Source of the DNA: Bacteroidales bacterium
Lineage (GTDB): Bacteria > Bacteroidota > Bacteroidia > Bacteroidales > ML635J-15
Assembly: GCA_003249955.1 (NCBI GenBank)
Contig: QKHS01000018.1
Span: forward strand, 20,912 to 84,911
Length of the DNA: 64,000 nucleotides
Direction of reading: 5' to 3'
Position 1 is the first letter of the stretch, and each line of letters opens with the position of its first letter. This document shows positions 45,506 through 55,720 of this stretch, piece after piece. The position numbers and the translations under genes are program-made. The notes beneath the pieces are model-generated. The model did not search any database, had not been told where the DNA came from, and saw nothing but the letters and a program-made list of their open reading frames with translations.

Positions 45506-46675
45506 TTAAATTCTTTCCAGAAAATCAATCATGTCCGAGCAATCTTTAAGATTAAGGATTCTGGGAAATTTTGCAATTAAAACATTATTGTAAACCTCGA
45601 TATAAATATCGTCCATATCCTGAATTATCTCAAGACGTTTATCTGTTTCGAAAGCACCGGCAAAGCTTCCTTTATCATGCAGCACATAATATTTAAAGGA
45701 AAATTCCGGAAACTTTTTAAAATCAGTTTCACGTTTAGAAAAAATTTCTCTGAATTTATCTTCGATAGTCTCGGGGCGAATCTTCAAATGTCCGTAATCA
45801 TGATTTAAAAGTTTTAAACCCATTATCTGATATTCATGATAACTGGTCCGGTATTTCGAGCCATCCAGATAGTAAGATAGTCCAACCAAAAGTAAATGTG
45901 CCTCGTCGGTTGTTCCTGATAATCTGAAAGACGAATAAATATTTACATATTCATACTCCTTAATCATGTCGCAGTTATTAAGACAATTCTGAAACAAGCG
46001 GCTGTTTGACGAAGCCTCTGACTCAAAATCCAGTTTAACTTCTATTTCGGCAAAAATATCATTGGCAAGGGTTACCTCTTCTCTGTTATTCATGATAAAC
46101 GGAGTAATTTCAATTCCGGCAGAGTTACATATATTAAACGCCGTGATATCATCCATGAACTCCGGTTCATCAATCCCGGTTCCTTCTGCCTCCAGAAATA
46201 AGTCCGAAAACATTTCTTCATCAACAAAAATATAAATGACTCCGGGAGAATAATACTCAAGAGGTGACGGAAGAGAATTGTCCTCACCCGGTTCTTCACC
46301 TATTACCAGATTTATTGATTTCCCGTTTTCAAAAATGACATTGCAGGCACTTACACTTATCCCTTCGTCGTCGCAAAACTCAAAACTTATTTCCTTAATC
46401 CTAAGACCGGTAAAACCGCTCCAGAGAGATGTTGCATCAAAAGTTTCAACCGCATTCTTTTTTATCTTACCATAGGAAAGATCGCTCCCTTCTTCAATAT
46501 AATAATCAAATTCTCCGTTAAAGCAGATATTCCATAAGTAACCGTCACTCATTCTAAAAACAATCGCAAAATCACAGACATGAAATCCTTTAAAAATACC
46601 GTTAGAACGATTTGCATTGTAATAGGTAATTTCACTAAAGCTGTTTCCTTCAACCGAACTGAAAATATTCTCCAT
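45506..46675 (-). CDS. hypothetical acidic cytoplasmic protein
   Basis: 389 aa with no signal peptide, no TM helix and no motif I recognise. Confidence 0.5.
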   Translation of the reverse strand: MENIFSSVEGNSFSEITYYNANRSNGIFKGFHVCDFAIVFRMSDGYLWNICFNGEFDYYIEEGSDLSYGKIKKNAVETFDATSLWSGFTGLRIKEISFEFCDDEGISVSACNVIFENGKSINLVIGEEPGEDNSLPSPLEYYSPGVIYIFVDEEMFSDLFLEAEGTGIDEPEFMDDITAFNICNSAGIEITPFIMNNREEVTLANDIFAEIEVKLDFESEASSNSRLFQNCLNNCDMIKEYEYVNIYSSFRLSGTTDEAHLLLVGLSYYLDGSKYRTSYHEYQIMGLKLLNHDYGHLKIRPETIEDKFREIFSKRETDFKKFPEFSFKYYVLHDKGSFAGAFETDKRLEIIQDMDDIYIEVYNNVLIAKFPRILNLKDCSDMIDFLERI

Positions 46676-46793
46676 AAATAAAATTTAGTATTCAAAAATA
46701 AAAAAATTCCGGATACAATAAAGTTCTTGTTCAGAGATATTTACATATAGGGGACTAAAATCCGGCAAAAACTATGAATGTAAACACAAATTT

Positions 46794-49184
46794 TCACTCT
46801 ACTTCCATATTGAACATTCCGCCTTTGTCTTCTTTTTTACCAAAACCAAATGTGTAGCGTATGTTAATTCCAAATCTTTGATTGTCGGTGTATCTGTCGC
46901 CCCAGGCATTTATTGATCCCTGATTTATTTCATAAGCAACGACCATAGTGCGAAGTACATCACGGGCACTGATTTTAACTGTAAGTTTGTCGTCAAAAAA
47001 TGACTGTCTGATACCAAAATTAAGTGCTCCGAAATTCTTTAATTCGTAAAAATCCATTTGACCGTTTACCATCATAAAACCACTCATAATTATTTTGGTA
47101 TTCCCAAAAAGCCTGAGGACATGAAAAGTAAACAATCTCCAGCTACCACGGGTATATTGCAATGGTTCTCCCTCGTAAAAGCCATCGTACTCATTAAGAT
47201 TATACTGGGCTCCGGCAGCAAAAAAGTACTTTCCTCCGGGTGGAATTCCGATCATGCCACGTAAATATGTTTCTTTACTTTTACCTAAGTTGTCATATGT
47301 TCGTACAGCAATATCCGGATTTGACGGACTTTGATACATTACCCCGGAAAAAATATCTGTAGTGTAGTTTTGCCCGACAGCAAAAACAGGAGTGTCTTCG
47401 TAACTGACATTTAACTCTATATTATCAGTAAACTGAGGTTTAAGTGCCGGATTTCCGGCTTCGTACAGAAACTGGTCAACAAAGTTAATGTTAGGATTAA
47501 GCATTTCGTAACCCGGCCTGCTGATGGTGCGGCGGTATATAGCATAAGCGTTAAGTTCAAAGTCATTCATTTTAAAAACCCTGCGACTAAGATAAACGTA
47601 AGGGAACCAGTCGGCTCTGTTGATCAGAAAACTGGTATCGGAAGGAATAGTTTGTTTTCCGGCCATGTAAGTATGCTCCATCCTCACCCCTGCTTTTATT
47701 ACAAATTCCTTAACCAGAGTTTTGGACAACTGCAAATATGCAGCATTAATATTTTCTTTATAGCTGAATGAGTTTGTTCTTAACGGATCAGAAATAACTG
47801 CACCTCCATAGTTTATCTTATAGTCTGCATCGCTGCCAAATTGCTGGTATGTGCTTTTAACACCGCTTTCAAACTTAATTTTGCGCGGGAAGTTGTATGT
47901 AACATCTGATTGCAAACTTAAAAAATGCCTTTGCTGAATATTATTCCCACTGCCTGTAATTGTATAAATATCGGGAATGGTAAAAAGATAGTCGTAATTC
48001 TGATCTGTATTTCTGTTGCTGTAGTTATAGCCGAATTTACTGTCCCATTCAGATCCGATGGTGTCGAGTTTAATATTTAAGTTAAAATCCTGCTGGATAT
48101 TTAAAAAGCCGGCATCGTTTAATATAGAGTTATTATTTTCGCTCAGCCTTATATTGTCAATGGCTTCAGAATAATTGGTGTTGGCTGTATTTGATTCCTG
48201 AATACTGTAATTTATCCTGCCGTCGTAACTTAAACCCGTTTTATCGTTAACATCATAGTTAACTCCGTATCCTGTATAAATCTGATGTGTCTTTCTGCGT
48301 GTAACGGCATTCTGAAAAAGAAGTGTATCTGTCTTCATAAGGCGGTTTACATTAAGAATTTCTTCCCTGTCATTAAGACTGTAATCAGCATTAAGATAGT
48401 AAGAAGATTTCTCTCCGCTGTCATTAATTGTGAAACCCACATTTCCGTTTCCGTATTTACCTTGATTTATCCCGGCACTTAAAGAGCCAAAGCGTCCGAT
48501 TTTAACACCTTTCTTAAGAACTATATTTACAATTCCGCCCGAACCTGATGCATCATATTTGGTAGAAGGAGTACGCATTACTTCAATTTTCTGAACACTA
48601 CCGGGAGGAAGGCTCTGCAGAATTGTCGAAATATCCTGATTGCTCATTTTTTGTTCACGCCCGTTTATATAAACTTTTGCAGGAGTTGCAGAATTAAGAA
48701 AAATGCCTCCATCCTGATCCACATACATGCCGGGAACACTTTCCAGTACTTCAAGTGTATTGGTACTTATATTTGCCAGACTTTCGGGATCTATAATCAT
48801 TTTATCGTCTTCCTGACGAATCAGCGGTGTTTTTGCTGCTACTGTAACTTCATCAAGTGTAATTGCTGATTCTTTTAGCCTGAAATCAAAATTACGGGCA
48901 TCGTCTTTTACTGAAATTGATTTTTCCAAAGTTTCATAACCGATAAAACTGATCCTTACAATATATAGTGTATTCTGAAGCCCTTCGAAAACGGCAAGGC
49001 CATTTTGATTTGTTGTGGCAAAAACGGAAACCGAATCTATCGCTTTAGTAAGCTGAACGGTTGCTCCCGGAAGGGAATTTTTGTCATAGTCTCTGACAGT
49101 AATTTTTACGGTTTGTGCATACATGTTAAATGCAATGCTACATAATAAAACCAGAAAAATTAAAGAAACAATCCGTGTACGCAT
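46794..49184 (-). CDS. TonB-dependent-receptor-like outer-membrane beta-barrel protein (CarboxypepD_reg, plug and barrel)
   Basis: Signal peptide and VKITVRDYDKNSLPGATVQL (carboxypeptidase-regulatory-like). A plug region follows (LDEVTVAA...VPGMYVDQDG...INGRE), then a long beta-barrel ending ...NIRYTFGFGKK. Confidence 0.7.
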   Translation of the reverse strand: MRTRIVSLIFLVLLCSIAFNMYAQTVKITVRDYDKNSLPGATVQLTKAIDSVSVFATTNQNGLAVFEGLQNTLYIVRISFIGYETLEKSISVKDDARNFDFRLKESAITLDEVTVAAKTPLIRQEDDKMIIDPESLANISTNTLEVLESVPGMYVDQDGGIFLNSATPAKVYINGREQKMSNQDISTILQSLPPGSVQKIEVMRTPSTKYDASGSGGIVNIVLKKGVKIGRFGSLSAGINQGKYGNGNVGFTINDSGEKSSYYLNADYSLNDREEILNVNRLMKTDTLLFQNAVTRRKTHQIYTGYGVNYDVNDKTGLSYDGRINYSIQESNTANTNYSEAIDNIRLSENNNSILNDAGFLNIQQDFNLNIKLDTIGSEWDSKFGYNYSNRNTDQNYDYLFTIPDIYTITGSGNNIQQRHFLSLQSDVTYNFPRKIKFESGVKSTYQQFGSDADYKINYGGAVISDPLRTNSFSYKENINAAYLQLSKTLVKEFVIKAGVRMEHTYMAGKQTIPSDTSFLINRADWFPYVYLSRRVFKMNDFELNAYAIYRRTISRPGYEMLNPNINFVDQFLYEAGNPALKPQFTDNIELNVSYEDTPVFAVGQNYTTDIFSGVMYQSPSNPDIAVRTYDNLGKSKETYLRGMIGIPPGGKYFFAAGAQYNLNEYDGFYEGEPLQYTRGSWRLFTFHVLRLFGNTKIIMSGFMMVNGQMDFYELKNFGALNFGIRQSFFDDKLTVKISARDVLRTMVVAYEINQGSINAWGDRYTDNQRFGINIRYTFGFGKKEDKGGMFNMEVE

Positions 49185-49355
49185 AGTAACTTAAATTACA
49201 AAATTCTAATAATAATTTTAGGTTGCTAAGATAATTTTTATTTTAAAACCACTTATTAATTCTGTGTATAATAATTGGCTTTAATCCATAATGTCAGACA
49301 GTTAAGCAATCTATGTCCCAAAAAAGTTCTTTCAGATTCCTCCTGATTAAAAAGT

Positions 49356-49790
49356 TTACAACTTTCTGAAATTAATGGCATACTTTGTATGTGCCGTAAA
49401 AGTAATTTCCACCTTATCTCCTGCTTCAACACTTTTATATTCCCTGTACGAAACAATTATTTTTTCACCTCCGAAAAATAAATAAGGAGTGGTTGTTTTT
49501 CCTGTTGATTTAAGTTCTTTTTTATCTATTTCACCATGAATAAACAGCTTATACCCGGCATCAACATCTTTCTTTCCACGTCTGTACAAAATAAGTATCG
49601 GGATACTCATCATCAGGTCAAAGATACAGATTGCCATTAAAATAAGACTTATCTTATCATCAATAAACAATAAAAACATGGCATCAAAAACCAGGCATGA
49701 AATACCTATAATCCATAATGGCAAGTTGCTCCGTTTTTTTATAAGAGCTATATCCTCATCGGTTAACGCTAATTGTGATGTTTTGTACAT
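49356..49790 (-). CDS. hypothetical 2-TM membrane protein
   Basis: 144 aa with two hydrophobic helices followed by a small beta-rich C-terminal domain. Confidence 0.4.
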   Translation of the reverse strand: MYKTSQLALTDEDIALIKKRSNLPLWIIGISCLVFDAMFLLFIDDKISLILMAICIFDLMMSIPILILYRRGKKDVDAGYKLFIHGEIDKKELKSTGKTTTPYLFFGGEKIIVSYREYKSVEAGDKVEITFTAHTKYAINFRKL

Positions 49791-49977
49791 AAAGTTAAAT
49801 TATTTTGAGTTTATTATTTACCATAATGCCTGATCTGTGTCTCCGGTTTTTTCACCGAACAAACAGACCAAACGGTCGGTTTGTTGCAATCCACAACTTG
49901 AAATTATTGCAAAAAAACAGACAACAGACTAACTATAACACACTTACAAGTGTTTGATTCTAACATAATTACACGTT

Positions 49978-50709
49978 CTAATTATTATTGGAAGATTTTT
50001 GAGTTTCAAAAAAATAATAAAATCCCAGATTAATTTCAACAGATTTACTGCAGGGAAATTCTTTTTCAAAAGGTGTTTTAATTTTATATTCTGACATTGA
50101 TAATTCAATACTCAGATTTTCCAGGACATCTTGTGAGATACCCAAAGTGTAACCAAACATGAAAATATCCGACAATCCGTAAGTAACCTCATCATACCAT
50201 TCATTGGTAATGTATCCTGAATCGTATTCATAATTCTTACTGTGTCCAAATGATATAAGCTTTCCATACAAACTGTATTTAGTGTTTACCCCTCCGATGA
50301 TATGTGTTTTCTTAATCTTAAAATCAATATATAACGGAATCCCTATTGTGTAAAACGAATATATTTCATTGTGATAATTATCCCATGAAGGATAATGCGG
50401 ATCATAATTGTATGCTGAATAATTTTCGGAACCCGAATACCGGTTAAAACTTATTTCCGTTCTTAACCCTAAAAATGAACACACCTGAAACCCGTAAAAT
50501 GCAGAAATAGCCTTTGTCGGTTTAACAGCATCATTACCAAAAGTACTTCCATAACTATAACTTTGATCAGTTTTACCCTCTCCGATTCTCCCATAACCGG
50601 ACCTTGCCGAAACCCCGATTATATGTTGTGATTTTAAATCATTATGATATAATACCGTTATGATAAAAACAATTAAAAACAAAACGTTTATTTTTTCAGA
50701 TTTACTCAT
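49978..50709 (-). CDS. hypothetical outer-membrane beta-barrel-like protein
   Basis: 243 aa with a signal/anchor sequence. It is rich in Y/G/S alternating strands and ends in an aromatic-rich strand (LGFYYFF). Confidence 0.4.
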   Translation of the reverse strand: MSKSEKINVLFLIVFIITVLYHNDLKSQHIIGVSARSGYGRIGEGKTDQSYSYGSTFGNDAVKPTKAISAFYGFQVCSFLGLRTEISFNRYSGSENYSAYNYDPHYPSWDNYHNEIYSFYTIGIPLYIDFKIKKTHIIGGVNTKYSLYGKLISFGHSKNYEYDSGYITNEWYDEVTYGLSDIFMFGYTLGISQDVLENLSIELSMSEYKIKTPFEKEFPCSKSVEINLGFYYFFETQKSSNNN

Positions 50710-51307
50710 TAATCTTAAATTTTATTCCCAAATATGGTGTTATATTAATCGGTAGTATCACATCAATAACACATAAGGACAAATCAATACCGCCACAAAA
50801 AATAACTCTTTCTCTAAAAGGCCTCTCCATACCAATTCCAGTAGTAACATATGGAAATATAAAAAGATTTGAAGACATACTTAATTCTTCAACTCTATTT
50901 GTTAAAACATCCTTTCTGAAATATGATGATTCAACTAAGAAAATACTATTGATACTTAGTTTAATAAAATAATCAAAAAGCTTTGTATGGAATCCAAATT
51001 TTAATGGCAAATCCAATACAAAAAGAGAACCTGATGTTTTACTAAGGTAATTTTCATCTTTATTCACAAAATATAAGTTCATGATCTTAAGCCCTACACC
51101 ATAACTAAAAATAAAGTTGTTTTTCTTAACGGTAAAGCTCAAACTGTTATCAAATGAATATGAAATACAATTGGAATATAACTCTTTATCAACAAATGCA
51201 TTTTTAAAATTGTATCCGGAACTTAAATTGTAATCGATTCTTGTCTGTGAAAATAAATTCGGTGCAATTAAAACAAATGTTATAATTATGGCTATTGGGC
51301 GTTTCAT
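50702..51307 (-). CDS. hypothetical outer-membrane beta-barrel-like protein
   Basis: 201 aa with a signal peptide (LIAPNLFSQ) and alternating strand pattern. It overlaps the downstream ORF by 8 nt. Confidence 0.4.
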   Translation of the reverse strand: MKRPIAIIITFVLIAPNLFSQTRIDYNLSSGYNFKNAFVDKELYSNCISYSFDNSLSFTVKKNNFIFSYGVGLKIMNLYFVNKDENYLSKTSGSLFVLDLPLKFGFHTKLFDYFIKLSINSIFLVESSYFRKDVLTNRVEELSMSSNLFIFPYVTTGIGMERPFRERVIFCGGIDLSLCVIDVILPINITPYLGIKFKINE

Positions 51308-51342
51308 AATGATTTTAAGAATTACAGGTCAAAAATGCAACT

Positions 51343-53241
51343 TTAGTTCTCATAATACTTTATCAGATCCTCAAGTTTTCCTGCCGAATCGTCCAGCCCC
51401 CCCGGCCTGTTCCGGACAATCCACAACTTGCGGTGATTTTCAATAAGTGGTTCAAGCTCTGCTTTTAATTCTGCCTTTACCTCTGCCGGAATATTTTCCG
51501 TAGCCTTATCCTTTGCCATAAGTCTTGCAATTCCCAGATGAATTCCATGAATAGCAAGATTTGCAGCTTGCTCTGTTTCTGCAATTAAAATCACCGAATC
51601 GGCAGATTGCGGTCCGGCAGTTTTCAAAATTTCAAGAGCATCCAGAATCTCTTTTTCTGCAGCCTGCAATCCTTCAACAGTAAGTTCTCTGGTCTGGTAA
51701 TTACCGTCCATTGTCCATTTGTATCTGAACAGCATCAGGTGAAATGCATTTGCGTTTCCGTTCGGCATATTTGTTTTTTGATCGGCATAGCCAAGCTTAA
51801 GAATTGCTTCGGCGGTTTTTCCGGTTTTGTCCTGATAAACGTAATGATTCAGCAGAAATTCAAGATTTTGCAAAGATTTTTCGTCACAGTTCCATGAGTA
51901 GGCAGCACCAAGCATCATTGCAGGAAAGGTAACCGATAATGGTTGCCAGTGTCCGTAATCGCCCCAGTTTGTGTTAAGATAGCCTTTTGCCCCGTATTTC
52001 TTACCTTGGAGAGAAGCGTTTTTAAGATTTTCGAACCCGTTTGTGTTGCGGCCTATTAAGGAATTCCATGTTGATGTACCGGGACACACATAAAAATCCA
52101 GTCCGGCGGCTACAAATTTCGGCAGATTTTTACCCGCCGGGAAGCTGTTATCGTAACCCCAAACCATTGCAATCATATTTTTTGGCAATTCTTCAATCAA
52201 CTCAGGATGGTTTACTATTATATCTCCCCAGAATTGCGTTTGCTTCCCGTTTTTATTAGCTTCGGAATTGAGTTTTATTAAATAATCCAGATAAACCCTT
52301 CCTTTCCCTTCTTTTTTGCAAACCGGGGCAGATCGCCCCAGGCCAAGTTCCATAGTTTCGTCACAGCCGATATTAAAATATTTACTTGAAAAGTTCGGTA
52401 AAAGTTCTGCATAAAGTTCCTGCATCAATTTCAGGGATTCAGGATTTGTAGGATCCAGACTATGTCTTTTGCTGGGCCCCCACACAGTCTGACATGTTTC
52501 GGGACACTCGGCAAGATCGAGATATTCATCGTGTTCCAGCCACCTTTCCATGTGCCCGAATGAATTTTGATTTGGTACCAGATCAATAAACCTGTCTGTA
52601 CAATATTTATCCAGCTCCCGGATTTCATCAGCAGTCAACGGGGAATAATTTTCCCAAACTATTTCGTGGTTTTTGTAAGCAAATGTGTGCTCGGTATATA
52701 GTTGAAACTCATTAATCTTCCAACTTGCCAGCAAATCAATTAATTTGTAAAGACTTTCCATTGTCGGGACTTTATCACGACTGACATCAAGCATATAACC
52801 ACGTCTCTCAAAATCGGGATAATCGTTTATTACCAGACATGGCAAGGCTTTGGTTTCTGTTACCGAATAAGAAAGAAGCTGCAAAAGTGTTTGCTTGGCA
52901 TAAAATAATGCAGCCGGATTTTGCCCCAGAATTGTAATTGATTCTTTTTCTATTTTCAGGTAATATTCCTGAGGTTTCAGATTAACAGAATCTAATCCGG
53001 TTTTAATTGAATTAATGCTGTAAAAAATACTTAGAAGTTTTAAATCTCCCGTCATATCAAGTTTGCACAGGCTCTGAATTACCGGCAACAGTTTTTCGGA
53101 TTTTGCTCCTGAAAGAACAGTTGTTCCGTCAACAGCCTCAACTTTAATATTTTTCGGATACGGAACTAAGTATTTATCAAAATCATTTGCAAAACTTAAG
53201 GCAGATAGCAGAACTGCGGAAATCAGAAACAAAAATTTCAT
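51343..53241 (-). CDS. GH20-family beta-N-acetylhexosaminidase-like glycoside hydrolase
   Basis: Signal peptide, DFERRGYMLDVSRD, NEFQLYTEHTFAY and the catalytic pair region YFNIGCDE. Confidence 0.75.
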   Translation of the reverse strand: MKFLFLISAVLLSALSFANDFDKYLVPYPKNIKVEAVDGTTVLSGAKSEKLLPVIQSLCKLDMTGDLKLLSIFYSINSIKTGLDSVNLKPQEYYLKIEKESITILGQNPAALFYAKQTLLQLLSYSVTETKALPCLVINDYPDFERRGYMLDVSRDKVPTMESLYKLIDLLASWKINEFQLYTEHTFAYKNHEIVWENYSPLTADEIRELDKYCTDRFIDLVPNQNSFGHMERWLEHDEYLDLAECPETCQTVWGPSKRHSLDPTNPESLKLMQELYAELLPNFSSKYFNIGCDETMELGLGRSAPVCKKEGKGRVYLDYLIKLNSEANKNGKQTQFWGDIIVNHPELIEELPKNMIAMVWGYDNSFPAGKNLPKFVAAGLDFYVCPGTSTWNSLIGRNTNGFENLKNASLQGKKYGAKGYLNTNWGDYGHWQPLSVTFPAMMLGAAYSWNCDEKSLQNLEFLLNHYVYQDKTGKTAEAILKLGYADQKTNMPNGNANAFHLMLFRYKWTMDGNYQTRELTVEGLQAAEKEILDALEILKTAGPQSADSVILIAETEQAANLAIHGIHLGIARLMAKDKATENIPAEVKAELKAELEPLIENHRKLWIVRNRPGGLDDSAGKLEDLIKYYEN

Positions 53242-53308
53242 AGTTTCAGGTCAATTAGTAAATAAATTGAAGTAAAAATAGTAAAATTTCGTATTCCCGG
53301 ATATATAA

Positions 53309-54013
53309 TTAATCATCAAAGAATTCCCCATATCTCAAAAATTCAATTACCCGTTTGCGGGGTTTCTTTTTTTGAGTAAGGTTAAGATGATCGTATTTCA
53401 TAATTATAAAATCCTTCTCATTACCTAACCGGGTTCTTTCCGGTTTTAACAGGCCATCGTTATCTCCTTCTATAAAAATATTATAGCCGTTTTCTTTCCC
53501 GCGGGCTCCGATAATTATTCCCACCTCAATATTTATCGGGACAGGTAGCTGGTTAGCATATGAAGCAGAATCTGTTTCCATTTTCATGACGTTTGGCCCC
53601 AGAAACTTTCTGTATTTTTCATTAGGTTTAAAAAAATCGGCAATATCTGCTCCCTGATTTGGCGGAGCAATCATTACAATGCGGTAAATTAACGGAAAAT
53701 CAGGGTCCAGACCCGAGTATTTGAGCATTGCTCTTACCACCAGGCCTCCCATTGAATGTGTCACAAAAGAAACTGAATCAAATTTCTGTGCTTTTACATC
53801 AAGATAAAGTCTTTTACCAAGAGAATCCAAATCTTCATTAATCCCTGGATAGGCATAATTTTCCGAAACAAACCCGGCTTTTATTAAATCTTTATAAACT
53901 TTACCAACCACTTCTTTAGGATTGGCATATCCGTGAATTACATACACCTTGTGCGATGCAATCATAGGATTGACAACACAAAACAAGAGTAAAACAAGAA
54001 ATAATCTATTCAT
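53309..54013 (-). CDS. alpha/beta-hydrolase (lipase/esterase-like)
   Basis: Signal peptide and the nucleophile elbow VTHSMGG. Confidence 0.65.
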   Translation of the reverse strand: MNRLFLVLLLFCVVNPMIASHKVYVIHGYANPKEVVGKVYKDLIKAGFVSENYAYPGINEDLDSLGKRLYLDVKAQKFDSVSFVTHSMGGLVVRAMLKYSGLDPDFPLIYRIVMIAPPNQGADIADFFKPNEKYRKFLGPNVMKMETDSASYANQLPVPINIEVGIIIGARGKENGYNIFIEGDNDGLLKPERTRLGNEKDFIIMKYDHLNLTQKKKPRKRVIEFLRYGEFFDD

Positions 54014-54035
54014 AATAAACCTGATTTTTTCGTTT

Positions 54036-54043
54036 CAAATTTA
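54036..54043 (-). promoter_or_regulatory. candidate -7 box (TAAATTTG) for the hydrolase gene
   Basis: The minus strand matches TAnnTTTG 22 nt upstream of the ATG at 54013. Confidence 0.45.
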
Positions 54044-54235
54044 GTATAAAAATACCTATAGTTCTATTTAAATATTCTTAATTTTTTGTAAAAGAAAACT
54101 ACATAATACAAGAAATATTATCTGACAGAAGTAAAATATTCTTTAGTTATTAGGAAATTTACTGAATCAAAATCCACATTCAAAACAACATTAAACTGTG
54201 TTTAAAGGGCTGAATAATTTCCGGCACTACGGTAT

Positions 54236-54757
54236 CTAATAAATCCTGCCGGCTAATGTCATCTCCATAGGTAAATATTTTATACCGTTCTGTTCCTGCA
54301 TTACGTCTGTTACTGTAAAGCCAAGTTTCTTATAAACAGGTACTGAAAAAGGTGAAGCATGAACATAAAATTTATTAAGCCCCGGATTATTCTTTTTACA
54401 GTTAATTAATACTTCATGAAACAATTTTTTTGCAATTCCCTGTCCATGAAACGCTTTATCCACAAAAAGAAGCGAAATATGGTTGTTGTCCCGGGTCTCA
54501 ATTACTCCTGCAATTTTTGAGTCTATCATTGCCAAAAGCATATTTCGTCCGGACTTTTGTCTTTCTGCAATTTTGTCAGCGGCAATCCAGTCATAAAAGA
54601 ATTTATTTCCCTCAACTGAATAATCCGGGGCCACAAATTCATCATATACATTTCTGATCAGGTTAGAAATTTCTGTTTCCTGTCCCGTCCGGAAGTTTTC
54701 TATTTTAACTGTGTTTTTGATAATAGTCTTATTACAATTTATTGAATAATTAATCAA
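54236..54757 (-). CDS. GNAT-family N-acetyltransferase
   Basis: Contains LFVDKAFHGQGIAKKLF, the acetyl-CoA-binding Q/RxxGxG/A motif. Confidence 0.75.
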   Translation of the reverse strand: MINYSINCNKTIIKNTVKIENFRTGQETEISNLIRNVYDEFVAPDYSVEGNKFFYDWIAADKIAERQKSGRNMLLAMIDSKIAGVIETRDNNHISLLFVDKAFHGQGIAKKLFHEVLINCKKNNPGLNKFYVHASPFSVPVYKKLGFTVTDVMQEQNGIKYLPMEMTLAGRIY

Positions 54758-55533
54758 ATATGCTGCTTATCCGATTCATTTTCAGAACAACACAAACAAC
54801 TTGCTGACATTTGTAATTCATCTTTTACTTTATTGTTTAGTTTCTCCAGATTCAGCAATCTTCTCATATTACGGTGAAAATCGTTGACAATTTTTTTATG
54901 AAAAAACGGGTATATCCTTCTATCCCTGAAATGAGAATCGCTTTTAAAATAACTCGTGTGCAAAATCTGAGTCCGGTCATTTCCCATATCAAGAAATTTA
55001 ATTTGTTGTACTCCGCTCGACTTATTTCCTTTTATATAGCTAAATTCTATTACATTTTCCACAGTGTCAACAACAATAATTTCAAATGCAACCGGGATAT
55101 TGTATATTCCCTTTAAAAGTTTCAGATTCAGAAAGTAAACCTGTCCTGTATTAATCCCAGTTATCTGATCGTGATTATAAAAAATATTATTGGGAAATTT
55201 CTGCAACAAGACTCCGAACGATACCTTTCTGCCATTCCATGAGTTTGAAGGATTTTCAGACAGATACCCTTTCCATATATCTTTGAAATTACCTTTTAAA
55301 AAGAAAGTCATTTCGTTTTTACTGTATAAAGAAAGATCTTTACCGATGTTCCATGAAGGTTGTATTTCAGTAAACTGGTGTTTATTTTCTTTAATCTGGG
55401 CTGCAATATATTTACGGATTGTTTTCTGATGAATCATTTCCATATTAACATCGTCCAGCATAAGCTGAGCATAAGACTGTATGTGAAAACATATAAAACC
55501 AAGCAACAAAACACATTTAAAAGCTTTTTTCAT
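54754..55533 (-). CDS. hypothetical secreted protein
   Basis: I moved the start to Met18 (MKKAFKCVLLLGFICFHIQSYAQ signal peptide). It overlaps the GNAT gene by 4 nt. I recognise no family. Confidence 0.45.
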   Translation of the reverse strand: MKKAFKCVLLLGFICFHIQSYAQLMLDDVNMEMIHQKTIRKYIAAQIKENKHQFTEIQPSWNIGKDLSLYSKNEMTFFLKGNFKDIWKGYLSENPSNSWNGRKVSFGVLLQKFPNNIFYNHDQITGINTGQVYFLNLKLLKGIYNIPVAFEIIVVDTVENVIEFSYIKGNKSSGVQQIKFLDMGNDRTQILHTSYFKSDSHFRDRRIYPFFHKKIVNDFHRNMRRLLNLEKLNNKVKDELQMSASCLCCSENESDKQHI

Positions 55534-55720
55534 AAACGGATAAAATTGAAAAAACGAAATAACACAATTTAACTTAAATAACAAAGTGTTTTCTCATCTG
55601 ATTGTTTATACAGAACAGGATTTCATCAAATGGCTTTAATTACATTGATTCAAAGCGGAGAATTATTATTCTACGGAGTGGTTTTATCCGGGTTTATTGA
55701 ACAAGCCTGTAAAAGCTTAT

